Virus record (IMG/VR): IMGVR_UViG_3300045988_163046 | DNA: 44,757 nucleotides | Strand: one strand, 5' to 3' | DNA from: a virus | The notes under the pieces: model-generated | What the model saw: only the letters and a program-made list of their open reading frames with translations | Database searches by the model: none | What the model was told of the DNA's origin: nothing | Part shown: positions 1 through 7,447 of the stretch, piece after piece | Position numbering within the stretch: position 1 is the first letter of the stretch | How the letters are laid out: each line of letters begins with the position of its first letter | Made by a program: the position numbers and the translations under genes

Positions 1-119
1 ATCTGATAAAAGTATTTATTTTTATAGCATCTTCTCTTTGCTTTTTTCTTTCCTTTAATTGAGCGAATATATTCGATTTAAATAAATATTTTTCCATCTT
101 AGCTCCTTCTATAATTCTA
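1..119. repeat. Terminal direct repeat, copy A (identical to 44639..44757)
   Basis: Read directly. Position x equals x+44638. Positions 1-97 (minus strand) duplicate the N-terminal codons of the ORF at 44427..44735. Confidence 0.95.
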
Positions 120-567
120 GTAATTTAGCAATCATATACTCAGGTCTATTGCTAAAATCTTCATTATCACATTCTTTTTTTTGAGCTTTTCTAAGTTGTT
201 CACGTGTAATAACTCCGTAATCTGCTTTTTTATGGCAATTAGGACACAACATAATCAGATTATCTAGTTCTCCACTACCACCTTCTGAAACAGGTACAAT
301 GTGGTGTATTTCACAACCATATGAAGGCAATGCTTTCCCTTTGCGAATGACCAAATTTTCGCTTATCTGCCATCCACATATCGCACATTTGCATTGATAC
401 AATGAGTAAACTTTATTTTTATCTCTAGACATATCCTTTGCTCTTTTAATTAGCGTAGGCTTTTCTTTTTCTCTAATAGCTGCACGTTTGCATTTATCAC
501 TACAATAAATCGCTCTGTTGCTTTTAGTTTCAAACTCTTTGCCACACACTTTGCATTTCTTTATCAT
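109..567 (-). CDS. HNH endonuclease with N-terminal zinc-ribbon
   Basis: Motifs CKVCGKEF...YCSDKCK and CAICGW...EIHHIVPVSEGG...NLIMLCPNCHKKAD. Confidence 0.8.
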   Translation of the reverse strand: MIKKCKVCGKEFETKSNRAIYCSDKCKRAAIREKEKPTLIKRAKDMSRDKNKVYSLYQCKCAICGWQISENLVIRKGKALPSYGCEIHHIVPVSEGGSGELDNLIMLCPNCHKKADYGVITREQLRKAQKKECDNEDFSNRPEYMIAKLLEL

Positions 568-621
568 GCTATACCTCTGCGTATCTAACGCCTAACAAAT
601 TGGTGCTTACTCCTTCTAACA

Positions 622-1053
622 TTAGGATCTTTCACCTGTTATTAAATATTCATTTAATTTTCTATAAATGTTTTTTTCGTCGTTTTCAAACGCAACATTG
701 CTTGCTAAATGACACGCTTTTCTTAAATAATCTAATTCTTCATCCGACATAACATATCCTTTAACAGATACCTTACAAACAACATTTCTCTTTTCTTCAG
801 CAACAACTTCCGAATTATTTTCTTTTGTTCTTTTATGCTTTACATGATCTTTCCCGGTTAATAGTCTATGTAACCAAATTGCACAAAGTGGACTATCAAC
901 ACCTTTAAAATCAAGATACATTGATCGTAATTCTAATTCTTCAGTAAAATAACATGGATTGTATTTTTTTAGCTCACCATCCGCATCAAATGCATCATAT
1001 GGTTCTAAACCATTTTCTTCCATGAATTTTTCAATCACTTTTGATTCCATCAT
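622..1053 (-). CDS. Hypothetical early protein
   Basis: 143-aa ORF in the early operon, translationally coupled (ATGA overlap) to the upstream ORF. No motif recognised. Confidence 0.55.
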   Translation of the reverse strand: MMESKVIEKFMEENGLEPYDAFDADGELKKYNPCYFTEELELRSMYLDFKGVDSPLCAIWLHRLLTGKDHVKHKRTKENNSEVVAEEKRNVVCKVSVKGYVMSDEELDYLRKACHLASNVAFENDEKNIYRKLNEYLITGERS

Positions 1054-1283
1054 TCTATTTCCTCCAATTCCAATTCTTCACATATTTTTACGATTATAAA
1101 TCCTTCTCTTGAACGCTTTTGTATTCCTTTTTTCTGCTTAGAAAGCATTGATCTAAATCCATTGATCGTTGTTTCTAGAAATGCCGCACATTCATCTTCT
1201 GTTCCGATACAAGCAGGAAGATCATCCTTGTATATTCCATATATTTTTCGTGCCATATTTACCTTATAAAAATCGAACATCAA
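1050..1283 (-). CDS. Hypothetical small early protein (likelier start at 1256)
   Basis: 77-aa ORF. The internal ATG at 1256 avoids overlap with the upstream gene. Confidence 0.5.
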   Translation of the reverse strand: MMFDFYKVNMARKIYGIYKDDLPACIGTEDECAAFLETTINGFRSMLSKQKKGIQKRSREGFIIVKICEELELEEIE

Positions 1284-1974
1284 ACGATGGCTTTTTCACT
1301 TTTCCATGACATGTATCTAAAACAGTTTGATAGCTGCAAAATAAATCTTTAGCCGCTTTCCTGCTCGATGGCCAAGATCTAACCAATACACCATGTTTAT
1401 ATAGTCCGATTTTTTTTCTTTCATATCTTGAACTTGCTAAAGAACCTGTTATGCTTGCACATTTGCTTCTATCAACAACATCAATCGCATCTAACTTGAG
1501 TTCATTTCCATAAACAAGAACGCAATCATCTGAATTTAAATCTCTCTTTATAAAAGCTTTTGCGAATATCCTGGCTGCATTCACTTCTTTTTTATTTATC
1601 TTTACCTTCCATTTTGTTTTATGCTTATAATTCGACAGTGTTTTCATACCACCGCTTTTTTTTGTGTATCTTACTGTACAATCTGGATATGCATAGTATT
1701 TTCTGCCACTTTCTGTGGTAAGAATCAAAACCGGATCATTTGTTAGATATCTCTTGTCTTTTGTTTCTTTTTCAATCAAAACACAACCTCTATAAAACGG
1801 TGCAAACACCGAAACATAATGATCAAATCTAGATTGTTTAATTTTTAGGGTTGCCATAACTTCTAAATCTGTTACCTCACCCTTGATATCTAATGGATCA
1901 TCCGGATTTTGCATCAAATAAACAACACCCTTCGTTCTTACTCTTCTAAGAACTTTATGTTTTTTCTTTGCCAT
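1264..1974 (-). CDS. Putative DNA-binding / degenerate homing-endonuclease-like protein (NUMOD1-like C-terminus)
   Basis: The C-terminal segment IGLYKHGVLVRSWPSSRKAAKDLFCSYQTVLDTCHGKVKK resembles NUMOD1/IENR1 helix-turn-helix modules. No catalytic motif was seen. Confidence 0.4.
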   Translation of the reverse strand: MAKKKHKVLRRVRTKGVVYLMQNPDDPLDIKGEVTDLEVMATLKIKQSRFDHYVSVFAPFYRGCVLIEKETKDKRYLTNDPVLILTTESGRKYYAYPDCTVRYTKKSGGMKTLSNYKHKTKWKVKINKKEVNAARIFAKAFIKRDLNSDDCVLVYGNELKLDAIDVVDRSKCASITGSLASSRYERKKIGLYKHGVLVRSWPSSRKAAKDLFCSYQTVLDTCHGKVKKPSFDVRFL

Positions 1975-2768
1975 CAGTTCAACCTATAATTCTTTCCAGG
2001 CTCTTTCTCAATTTCAAAGAAGAAACCATTGCACTTTTCAACAATTCTTCCAACAACTGCTTCATTGATATCAATCATTTCCTGGCTAGTTCTTTCGCAT
2101 GATATGATCGTCTGCATGTTGTTGTTATAGCGATAATCAATCAAATCAAAGATTGCTTTATCATCCAATCGATTTGCACTAGATTTGAACAAATCATCTA
2201 GATACAAGATTTGAGCGTGTTTAGCACGTTCTAGAAGCGAATAATCAAAGTTGCTAATAGAATTGCTCAACTCAATGTATCTGACGTACAGAACACGTTT
2301 ATTTTGTTCTAACAACCAATTACTGATTCCAGAACATAGATGTGTTTTCCCACATCCACTCTGTCCTAAAAACATCAACCAATTGCAAGGCATATGTTCT
2401 GCAAAATTGTTTTTGCAATCCTGGATGTAATTCACTGCCATTTTTTTGATTGCTTCCTGCCAAGGATCTGATGCATTGAAGCTATTGATTCGTTTATTCA
2501 ACAAATCACCTAGCCCACTGTTCTTTTTGTTTTTCTCAATCCACTCACTGCGATAGCTTGATAGTTTCTCACAGTCATTTCTTTTTGAACAAAATACCTT
2601 TGTTGCAGCTACCAAGTATTTCCCGTCGTAATACGCTGGCTTTTCCCAAATACCACATGCACCTGCCGCCATGCATTTATCACAATTGCTTTGGCAATGT
2701 TTGCTTTTAAGATATTTCTCATTGTTTGCATCATTTTGTTTTTGGATTATTTCACTAACTGACTGCAT
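1974..2768 (-). CDS. DnaC/IstB-like AAA+ ATPase (helicase loader)
   Basis: Walker A GQSGCGKTH, Walker B ILYLDDLF. It lies directly downstream of the initiator gene. The N-terminus is Cys-rich. Confidence 0.75.
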   Translation of the reverse strand: MQSVSEIIQKQNDANNEKYLKSKHCQSNCDKCMAAGACGIWEKPAYYDGKYLVAATKVFCSKRNDCEKLSSYRSEWIEKNKKNSGLGDLLNKRINSFNASDPWQEAIKKMAVNYIQDCKNNFAEHMPCNWLMFLGQSGCGKTHLCSGISNWLLEQNKRVLYVRYIELSNSISNFDYSLLERAKHAQILYLDDLFKSSANRLDDKAIFDLIDYRYNNNMQTIISCERTSQEMIDINEAVVGRIVEKCNGFFFEIEKEPGKNYRLN

Positions 2769-3571
2769 TACATCTTCATTCCTTTCGTGATCACAAAATT
2801 ATTTGTTTTTTGTTTAGGTGCTACACTGTTCAGATAAATTTCAAACTTAGATCCAAACAACGTGTCAGGTCTTAGATACTTGTTCATCTCTGTATCGTTT
2901 ACCCATTCAGAAGCTTTAACATCAATCACAAGCTTAAAGTCTTCTAATCTGAATCCTTCATTCCATCTAGCATGAATCTTATCTCTAGCAATACGATTAC
3001 TGTGTTTGTAATTCTTTGAACATTTAGAATTCAAGTAGTCAATAATTTCAACATAAGGGATTGTTTCTGATGCTGATAAATCAGTGTCGTCGGAACTTTC
3101 TTTTATATTTCTTTTATTATTAACTGTGTATATAAATGTTTTATTAACTGTCTTACATTGGACAGATTTGTCTTTTGTACATTGGACAGATTTGTCTTTT
3201 GTACATTGGACAGATTCGGTAAATGCATTGGACAAATTTGACCAATCGATAGATAAAGCATTTTTTAACTTTTCACCCATATTTCCAAATGCATACCAGC
3301 TTGTTTGATTCCAAGGATTTTCATTGTAATTTCCTTTGATAATCAAATCTTCATCAACCATTTTTTGAAGTATTCTTTGTATCTTTTTTTCACTCCAGTA
3401 TGGAAATAATTTTTTAAATCCTTTTGCAGAATTAAACGTCCAATATTTTCCATCATGATAGTTGTAATTATTTGCTTCATTTTTGTTGATCCAAAAACAA
3501 AACATATCAAATACAACAGCAACTTCAATGCCGTATTTGTCGGCAATTGCAATTTCAAAACTGTGTTTCAT
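2768..3571 (-). CDS. Replication initiator / replisome organiser (DnaD-like, conserved phage C-terminal domain)
   Basis: Winged-helix-like N-terminus. The C-terminus (IPYVEIIDYLNSK...ARWNEGF..EDFK.VID.K...W......YLRPDTLFG.KFE.YLN) is typical of phage DnaD-like initiators. It contains the iteron array. Confidence 0.6.
   Translation of the reverse strand: MKHSFEIAIADKYGIEVAVVFDMFCFWINKNEANNYNYHDGKYWTFNSAKGFKKLFPYWSEKKIQRILQKMVDEDLIIKGNYNENPWNQTSWYAFGNMGEKLKNALSIDWSNLSNAFTESVQCTKDKSVQCTKDKSVQCKTVNKTFIYTVNNKRNIKESSDDTDLSASETIPYVEIIDYLNSKCSKNYKHSNRIARDKIHARWNEGFRLEDFKLVIDVKASEWVNDTEMNKYLRPDTLFGSKFEIYLNSVAPKQKTNNFVITKGMKM
3155..3243. repeat. Iteron array (probable origin of replication) inside the initiator gene
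   Basis: The 24-bp unit ACATTGGACAGATTTGTCTTTTGT occurs exactly twice in tandem (3155-3178, 3179-3202). A third diverged unit and a fourth half-unit (ATTGGACAAAT) follow. The array encodes SVQCTKDK x2.5. Confidence 0.7.
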
Positions 3572-3580
3572 TTCTTATCC

Positions 3581-3844
3581 TCAAAATAAAGACATCGTCT
3601 CTATTTTCTTTCTATTCCTTGTATTACTTTTAGGTAGAATCACAAGCTCATAAAGCCTTCCATCCACCTGATAAAAACGATATGCTGCACCCATACAAGA
3701 AACATTTTTTCTTTGTACAAGAGCAGCTGTTATTCCATATTCTTCAAACATATAAACTGCATCAGGAACTACCTGTAGAACCTCATATGATGCATTTTGA
3801 ACCTGGATAACATCACCTGTATTAGCATTAGTAGCTTCTTTCAT
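3581..3844 (-). CDS. Hypothetical protein
   Basis: 87-aa ORF in the operon. No motif. Confidence 0.5.
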   Translation of the reverse strand: MKEATNANTGDVIQVQNASYEVLQVVPDAVYMFEEYGITAALVQRKNVSCMGAAYRFYQVDGRLYELVILPKSNTRNRKKIETMSLF

Positions 3845-3891
3845 TTATTTCTCCCGTCTTGTATAATTACCTCGAAAAGAGGTATATTTAT

Positions 3892-4347
3892 ATGAAATTT
3901 GATAATGATTTTTTAAATTTTGCTTTTAAATCGTGGCCTTATATAGTCGCGATAATTCCATCTTGTGTAGGCCTTCATAAGTCGATTAAAGTAGAGAAAA
4001 TTATAGCTGCTAATAAGGAACTTGTTTCTATAATCCAAGCTCGTGCACCAATTACTCAAGAGCATTACAATCAATTATTAAGTGTTTTCTCTGATTATTT
4101 AGACAAAGCCGCTAGATACAATAGATCAGATGGGAACACTTTATTAAAAGAATATCGTGCTGCCTATTTAAAATCTCGAATGCTAATCCCTGACAAAGAA
4201 CTACATGATAAAATGGATGAAGTTAATACGTATTTGTTAGATCAAAAAAAATCTAATATTAAATCTGAATTGGAATTCACTAACATGTTGGCTGATATAT
4301 CTGACTCTTTCAGTCTCTTTCTAGATCAAATTGAAAGAAACGCATGA
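3892..4347 (+). CDS. Hypothetical membrane-anchored protein (plus-strand insert)
   Basis: ATG at 3892 preceded by GAGGT. TATAAT at about 3862. N-terminal hydrophobic helix WPYIVAIIPSCVGL. Confidence 0.5.
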   Translation: MKFDNDFLNFAFKSWPYIVAIIPSCVGLHKSIKVEKIIAANKELVSIIQARAPITQEHYNQLLSVFSDYLDKAARYNRSDGNTLLKEYRAAYLKSRMLIPDKELHDKMDEVNTYLLDQKKSNIKSELEFTNMLADISDSFSLFLDQIERNA

Positions 4348-4517
4348 CATAGTCCAAATGCACATGCATGTCCATAGAACCAAAATTTAAAATACTGAAT
4401 TGCATGTCTTTTAATATCGTCTTTATAGTCATAGAATTTAGTTTCAATAAATTCTAAAATAAAAGCAATCGTGATTGTTACCATCCATCCAACATCCACT
4501 GCAAATTTAACATCCAT
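4326..4517 (-). CDS. Small membrane protein (uncertain)
   Basis: 63-aa ORF with two hydrophobic segments and a weak RBS. Its 3' end overlaps the convergent plus-strand ORF. Confidence 0.35.
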   Translation of the reverse strand: MDVKFAVDVGWMVTITIAFILEFIETKFYDYKDDIKRHAIQYFKFWFYGHACAFGLCHAFLSI

Positions 4518-4525
4518 TCCATTCC

Positions 4526-5425
4526 CTACTTTCTTTTCGCATAGCTCAATGATTCAAGATTCTGCTTTTTCATTTTCCGTGTTGTGCGAACATAGATTCT
4601 TGTAGTTTCTAAACTAGAATGGCCCAAAATGTCAGCTAGTTCTGCAATCGCATTTTCACCATTCTGCATCAAATACTGAATCGCAAACAAATGTCTGAAT
4701 GCATGAGGATGTACTTTACCAAGCTTAATTCCTCTGCATTTACCAGCAACCATCTTTAAGTCTCTAGACAACACACGAGCGTTTACAGGACTTTTCTTAT
4801 CAGAAGATGTAAATATACACCCTTCTTCAATTTTGTTGTCCTTGCAATATTTTAGAAGCTCTCGCCGCAAGTCTGAACGTAGAATGATTCCTCGACCTTT
4901 TCCTTTGTTCATAACATACACATTGTCATCCGTTACTGCTTCTACAGTAAAGAACTGTAGTTCGCTCAAACGAATGCCCGTATACCCAAACACCTTCATA
5001 ATCTCGTATAAGTCCATACGATTGATTTCACGAGCTTTTTTCAATAGCCTTTGAAATTCATTAGGCTCTAAAATATCATCCAAAGAATCATCTTTCTGGA
5101 CTCTCACGTTCTTCAATAAATTCTTTGAATAATATTTCTTTAGCTTAAGAAAATTAAAATCATCATCTGAATCAATGATTTCGCTATATTTAATAAATTT
5201 GTTTATGATCACAATATAGTTGTTTACTGTACTGATTTTATAATCATGCAGCAGTTTATCTTTCACACCAACTATATCGCTCTTTTGTATTTCACCATCA
5301 GGCAATGAGTTAACAAACAAAGTAGCAACATACTTGTATTTACGAATGGTATTCTTACTTTTCTCATCCGCTGTTTCTTCTTCAATAAACCCGTCAATTT
5401 TTGTTTGTAACTCATCCTTAGTCAT
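4526..5425 (-). CDS. Tyrosine recombinase, XerC/XerD-like (second recombinase of this genome)
   Basis: Catalytic signature GIRLSEL, HPHAFRH, LGHSSLETTRIYV. N-terminal SAM-like core-binding domain. Confidence 0.85.
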   Translation of the reverse strand: MTKDELQTKIDGFIEEETADEKSKNTIRKYKYVATLFVNSLPDGEIQKSDIVGVKDKLLHDYKISTVNNYIVIINKFIKYSEIIDSDDDFNFLKLKKYYSKNLLKNVRVQKDDSLDDILEPNEFQRLLKKAREINRMDLYEIMKVFGYTGIRLSELQFFTVEAVTDDNVYVMNKGKGRGIILRSDLRRELLKYCKDNKIEEGCIFTSSDKKSPVNARVLSRDLKMVAGKCRGIKLGKVHPHAFRHLFAIQYLMQNGENAIAELADILGHSSLETTRIYVRTTRKMKKQNLESLSYAKRK

Positions 5426-5426
5426 A

Positions 5427-5645
5427 TTACTTAACTACCTGGACAAGTGTTGTAACCAAGATCTTAGTAGATAAGAACACACATACATTCAATGCAAGTA
5501 AAGCGATATTAATGAATGTACACGCAACTACATAATTTTTTGGTTTAGGTTTTTCATTCATGACAATCTTGTCATCTAACTTATAGAATTCATACTTGTC
5601 GAAACTTGGAATCTCCCAAGTTTCTTTTTCTTTTTCTTTTGCCAT
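5427..5645 (-). CDS. Small C-terminally membrane-anchored protein
   Basis: ATG at 5645 preceded by AAGGAG. C-terminal TM segment YVVACTFINIALLALNVCVFL. Confidence 0.5.
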   Translation of the reverse strand: MAKEKEKETWEIPSFDKYEFYKLDDKIVMNEKPKPKNYVVACTFINIALLALNVCVFLSTKILVTTLVQVVK

Positions 5646-5686
5646 TTTATATCTCCTTATATAATAGTGATTGGAGGTGAAAAGAA

Positions 5687-5902
5687 ATGTCTGATTTAGC
5701 AATTCAAATCCACAAATTTGTCCTAGAAAACAAACGTGGAGAAGAAAAACTATGCAGTTTAGAAGATGTCATCGATGCGTTCCCTACTCATTCTGAAGAT
5801 CAAGTCAAAAAAGCACTTCACGAATTAGGTGATGACGGTTACATCCGTTCATTTATGAACGCTGACAACTTCATTTATTACGTATTCAGTGTGATAGAAT
5901 AA
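5687..5902 (+). CDS. Small plus-strand protein (possible winged-helix)
   Basis: GGAGGT RBS, 71 aa, followed by its own intrinsic terminator. Confidence 0.55.
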   Translation: MSDLAIQIHKFVLENKRGEEKLCSLEDVIDAFPTHSEDQVKKALHELGDDGYIRSFMNADNFIYYVFSVIE

Positions 5903-5905
5903 GTA

Positions 5906-6196
5906 TTAGCACTCTTTTGAGTGCTTTTCTTTTTGTCTTACCCTTTCATGAATCGAATATGCTCTATCTTGATGATCTATTCTTTTCACCAAAATCCAAT
6001 CCTTAGCCAAAATATCTTTTGTTGTAATACCTGCCATGCGAACAATATATCCTTTAAAAGGAATATAAGCGCCATAGCCATAAATAGCATTATCAAACGG
6101 CACTAAATAGCCATTTACAGTTGTGAGGAATGAATTCTTACGTACCATTCCCATTTTTCTTTTCTTTGCCAGCTTAGTGGCTTTAACAATATTCAT
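5906..6196 (-). CDS. DUF2829-like protein (family of the anti-Thoeris sponge Tad2), tentative
   Basis: N-terminus A.KLAKKRKMGMVRK and the C-terminal motif TKDILAKDWILV match the hallmark pattern of DUF2829 (..A...G.k..R..w ... DlLAeDW.iv). Confidence 0.4.
   Translation of the reverse strand: MNIVKATKLAKKRKMGMVRKNSFLTTVNGYLVPFDNAIYGYGAYIPFKGYIVRMAGITTKDILAKDWILVKRIDHQDRAYSIHERVRQKEKHSKEC
5908..5935 (+). terminator. Intrinsic terminator of 5687..5902
   Basis: AGCACTC-TTTT-GAGTGCT followed by TTTTCTTTTTG. It overlaps the last codons of the minus-strand gene 5906..6196. Confidence 0.65.
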
Positions 6197-6221
6197 TTTT
6201 TATTTCTCCTTTTAGAAACTG

Positions 6222-6292
6222 TGATATAATAAACATGTGGCTAATTTATACAGGGCTGCTGCCCTAGCACTCTTGTCCAAGAGTGCTTTTTA
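6222..6292 (+). ncRNA. Candidate ~55-nt antisense RNA (promoter to terminator)
   Basis: Extended -10 TGATATAAT at 6222-6230. Then hairpin AGGGC-TGCT-GCCCT, hairpin AGCACTCTT-GTCC-AAGAGTGCT, then TTTTTATTT. No ORF. Confidence 0.35.
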
Positions 6293-6524
6293 TTTGTTCC
6301 TTCCAAATGTCATTAAGAGCACTTCGGGTTTCAGGGAAGTATTCAACAAACAACGGAGTAGGAACTGCAAGAGTCTTTCCAAGCATAGTGTCTCGATATG
6401 ATCCTTCAAATATTTCACCCTTTTTATCTTTTTGTCTGCGTAGATTATGTAAAATCTTCCTGGCTTGTGTATCCTTTACAGGTAAAACCAGAAGTACATC
6501 CTTCACAGTTACGTACGCTTTCAT
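6264..6524 (-). CDS. Hypothetical protein (possible HTH)
   Basis: 86-aa ORF. The segment VTVKDVLLVLPVKDTQARKILHNLRR is loosely HTH-like. Confidence 0.5.
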   Translation of the reverse strand: MKAYVTVKDVLLVLPVKDTQARKILHNLRRQKDKKGEIFEGSYRDTMLGKTLAVPTPLFVEYFPETRSALNDIWKEQIKSTLGQEC

Positions 6525-6583
6525 TTCTTTTTGCTCTCCTTTCCGTTATGTTCATGTGTATAATTGATACGGAGGTATAACAC

Positions 6584-7033
6584 ATGAAATTACTAAATAC
6601 TTTTAAATCACTACTCGATATCGTCAATAAAATTATTCCTAGTTTTAGAATCATACGTTTTAACTCAAAAGTAATTGATTATGAGTTACAAAATAAAACT
6701 ACTTTGCTCTATATTCACCTTATAAACGATTCAAACTGTGATATAGAAATAAGAAACATTTCCATTGCCGATAACGATAAAGAATATCCTGTTCTCTTAG
6801 AACCGACCCTCATTAAAGTTGAAGGCGGTAAAGCTCAATATTCTCCTGCACTTCCTTTTCAAATGAATCCAAGGACGTCAAATTACGTTTATTTAATATT
6901 CCGTAATTATGAAGGAAGGTCTTTAGAGATTGATAATCTTCTCTCTTTGAAATTTCAAATAAATCGTAAGGAGTTAGTGATAAATCAATTCCTACCTCGT
7001 AAATCTTATTATCTGCATAATAAGCGGAGGTAA
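6584..7033 (+). CDS. Hypothetical beta-rich protein (plus strand)
   Basis: GGAGGT RBS 7 nt upstream of the ATG and TATAAT at 6559-6564. 149 aa. Confidence 0.5.
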   Translation: MKLLNTFKSLLDIVNKIIPSFRIIRFNSKVIDYELQNKTTLLYIHLINDSNCDIEIRNISIADNDKEYPVLLEPTLIKVEGGKAQYSPALPFQMNPRTSNYVYLIFRNYEGRSLEIDNLLSLKFQINRKELVINQFLPRKSYYLHNKRR

Positions 7034-7052
7034 TTACATTTCCTTTTTCCAT
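6813..7052 (-). CDS. Competing antisense ORF (79 aa from the ATG at 7052)
   Basis: GGAG RBS and a protein-like composition, but 221 nt overlap antisense with 6584..7033. Probably only one of the two is real. Confidence 0.3.
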   Translation of the reverse strand: MEKGNVITSAYYADNKIYEVGIDLSLTPYDLFEISKREDYQSLKTFLHNYGILNKRNLTSLDSFEKEVQENIELYRLQL

Positions 7053-7148
7053 AACATTCTCCATAAAATATAAAAAGCCCTGTGTAAACCTAAATAGTGG
7101 AATTTTACACAAGGCCTAAATTTACATTTGTTTTGTACGTATAAAACA

Positions 7149-7276
7149 TGGTATACTACTAGTGGCCTTGTGCCTTGATGATGATGTGAATTTGTCGCAA
7201 ACAATGAAACACATCAACATCCGATTTTCTAGGGTTCGTGTTCGGTCGCCAAACTAAATCACGTTCCCTATTTTTA
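7149..7276 (+). ncRNA. Candidate ~110-nt sRNA
   Basis: Extended -10 TGGTATACT at 7149-7157. A 12-bp stem (7177-7188/7210-7221, one mismatch) has a 21-nt loop. A terminator-like hairpin (7231-7269) plus T-run follows. No ORF. Confidence 0.3.
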
Positions 7277-7447
7277 TTTTACTTTGTTAATGAGCATTCT
7301 GACATATTCAGAACGGCTCATTTTTTCTTTTTTACAGAGTTCATCAAGTTTATTTAAAGTTGATTTATCAAACCGAATCTCTGTTCTAACATTTTTTGGT
7401 TCTCCTATTACAGGTCTTCCCATCTTAGACTTTGCGACTTCATTCAT
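7274..7447 (-). CDS. Ribbon-helix-helix (CopG/Arc-like) DNA-binding protein
   Basis: The pattern RTEIRFDKSTLNKLDELCKKEKMSRSEYVRMLI is typical RHH. ATG at 7447 is preceded by AAAGGAG. Confidence 0.6.
   Translation of the reverse strand: MNEVAKSKMGRPVIGEPKNVRTEIRFDKSTLNKLDELCKKEKMSRSEYVRMLINKVK

Noticed and set aside
1-119. Biological direct terminal repeat (DTR) of the virion DNA
   Set aside because: The repeat bisects an ORF and lies far from the terminase/HNH/cos region. An assembly overlap of a circular or permuted molecule is the simpler explanation.
3155-3243. Possible CRISPR-like array
   Set aside because: The 24-bp units are contiguous with no spacers. There are only about 3.5 copies and they lie inside a coding frame, so they are iterons and not CRISPR. 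No other repeat-spacer structure was seen in the window.
3084-3308. Plus-strand 74-aa ORF with HWTDLSFV repeated three times
   Set aside because: It is the antisense reading of the iteron array inside the initiator gene. It has no RBS and the real gene is on the other strand.
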